Shown here in pieces: positions 61,801 through 64,000 of a DNA stretch of 64,000 nucleotides; within the stretch, counting starts at the first letter, position 1; each line of letters opens with the position of its first letter. The translations under genes were made by a program, and so were the position numbers. The notes under the pieces are model-generated. The model was given only the letters and a program-made list of their open reading frames with translations, was not told the origin of the DNA and did not search any database. Source of the stretch: the human T2T-CHM13v2.0 reference genome, Homo sapiens. The stretch lies in NCBI RefSeq assembly GCF_009914755.1, contig NC_060933.1; one strand, written 5' to 3'.

Positions 61801-62893
61801 AAGCTAGGTCTTTTTCCATTAAAACCAGATAGGTAGAGAAACAAAGAAACTAAGAGAAGAAAGACAGGTGGATTGTGCTGAATATAAGCAGAAAGAACTG
61901 CAAAAAGGAGAGGAAGTGAAGGAAAAAGGGCCTCTTCTGTTAAAGATAGGTCTAAGACAGCAGACAAAGGGCAAAGAGTGGCACTAGTGGCCTCAACTCC
62001 ATTGGGACCTAGCAGGGGACTGAGTAAAGTGAGGCATTCAGGAAAGGGCCTAGGTCTTTACAGGCTTCTGTCTTTCCTTCCTTTGTTCAACAACCTAGCA
62101 TTCATGTAACAAATTCTGATTGAGCATCTGCTCTGTTTCAGTCCTTGCTGGATACCAGAGAGAGGACACAGCTTTTAGCCTCTAAAAGATTCCACTCTCC
62201 CCAGATAACACGGACTTGTGACCACAGAACCCTTTTAACAATTTCCCTGAACACCCAGGACTCTTGCAGGCTGCCATGCTTTGCACATTCCATTCCTTTC
62301 CTGGAGAAAGTCTTTCCCATCTTCGCTTTCTAGAAAAATCTTGCTCAATTTTCCAAGCCCAGCTACACATGGCCCATCTCTGATGCAGCCTGTCCCAGAT
62401 CCCCCATGGACAATGTGGCTATGGAGCCCCTGAGTCCCTTCTTAGGCTGCCCTGGCTTCTGCCACAGCTCTGTGCACTGTGGTCCGTGTAGAGGAGTTCT
62501 CATTCAGAGAGAGTTGGCCCTGAAGGAGTGGACTAAACGAGGGAAGCTCCCACAGCATGAAGAGCACCATCTTCCCAAGTCATCTTCACTTATGTTCCAA
62601 CTCAAAGCAAGGGAGCAGAGCACAGCTGTGCAATGATGGGAAAGGTGTATACTGATCAGTAATCCTTATGGAAGAGAAAATAGTGAAGAGGAGGGAGGGG
62701 CTCTGTATGCCTTTGTAAATCAAAAGCACCCCAGACAGTATTTACTGCCTCAATTCTGTCAATAATGTATCATCGTCACAGCTCCATATGTCAGAGTTGG
62801 AAGTTAACATTCCAACATTCTGTTCCCTTTAGTAATGCTTGGATCTGGAGGATATGTGCTGGTCTGGAAAAAATTTTAAAAAGACTCAAAAAG

Positions 62894-63189
62894 GGCTGGA
62901 CACGGTGGCTCATGCCTGTAATCCCAGCATTTTGGGAGGCCAAGGCGGGAAGATCACCTGAGGTCAGGAGTTCAAGACCAGCCTGGCCAACACGGTGAAA
63001 CCCCGTCACTACTAAAAATACAAAGATTAGCCGGGTGTGGTGGCGGGCACATGTAATACCAGCTGCTTGAAAGGCTGGGGTAGTAGAATCACTCGAACCC
63101 CAGAGGCGGAGATTGGAATGAGCCAAGATCACGCCACTGCACTCCAGCCTGGGTGACAAGAATGAAACTCTGTCTCAAAGATAAAAAAA
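62894..63189 (+). mobile_element. AluSq/Sx-like
   Basis: Dimeric Alu with tcacctgaggtcagg and gacaagaatgaaactc. Confidence 0.95.
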
Positions 63190-63419
63190 TTTTTTTTTTA
63201 AAAGTCCTAAAAGAATTTGTCAGAGCCTGTATATCCCTGCCCCAGTAGCCAACACTGATCCTACGTGACAACAGCCTTCTGGTTACTAGAGAGAAGATTC
63301 CACTGTGGAGCAGGATTCACTATCTCTCCAAACCCTTTAATGCCATCTGCTTTGCTTTCATGTTCACCAACATACTACTGAAGATTAATTTCCTTGCCTT
63401 GCTAGCCTGCCAGTATAAC

Positions 63420-63660
63420 ATAATTACTAGGAGCATGGGCTATGGTATCAAACTTGGCAGTATTCAAAACCCAGCACCACCATTTTCTTAGGAACCTTAG
63501 ACAACTAACAATCTCTTGGAGGCCTACTTTCCTTATCTCTGAAATTGTAACAGAGAGAAATACCAACGTTTTAAGTCAGTTGTGGGATTAGATAACGTAA
63601 GGCACAGCAAGTACACAGTGCTTGGCAGACAGTAACCCCTCAGTAAAGGGCAGTTATTAT
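63420..63660 (+). mobile_element. MIR
   Basis: gagcatgggctatgg...aaccttagacaactaac...cacagtgcttggc...ctcagtaaag. Confidence 0.72.
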
Positions 63661-64000
63661 TAGTAGTATATTTTTACTGTTACTTCCTTGATACAGTGTC
63701 TAGAACATATCTAGATTTTCTATCTTATAAATTCAGGCACTGACATTCAGCTTCTACCAGCTAGAGTGAGAGGTAAGAATTCACTCAGCATGACAGTGAG
63801 CTTGATAAGGTTTAGGAATAATGACTAGCTAGTGTTCTTGGACCTCAAAACCTTGGGTCAGTCCCCTGTGACATTACTGTCCTGGCATCAACTTCTGCTC
63901 CACTCTGTGGCCCCTCATTCCCACCCCATTGGCCGATCACCCTTGCTTTTGAAAAGCTCTAGGTTGCTTTCTCTGTTTCAATGAACTTCAAACGCTCTTT

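Overview
Primate (human or great-ape type) non-coding DNA, intronic or intergenic, dominated by transposable elements. I can support no host protein-coding exon. The centrepiece is a ~12.6-kb L1 composite (15013-27652): a full-length L1PA2-like element inserted, in the same orientation and with a clean TSD, into ORF2 of a full-length L1PA4-like element. It is followed by an extra L1 3' end and a short unique tail, all inside the host's apparent TSD. The host keeps the 129-bp ZNF93-binding 5'UTR segment and the nested copy lacks it. The nested copy has dead ORF1/ORF2 but an intact 71-aa antisense ORF0, and the two copies share non-consensus variants suggesting gene conversion. A second structure (45971-48743) is a degenerate long inverted repeat (arms ~440-555 bp, ~88% identical by eye in the outer block) whose right arm was split by a solo LTR12 (ERV9). 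The rest is Alus, MaLR/ERVL solo LTRs, MER30, L2/MIR/L3 relics, microsatellites and a few enhancer-like unique islands. Subfamily names come from recalled consensus features and need RepeatMasker/Dfam confirmation. Boundaries of old repeats are approximate.
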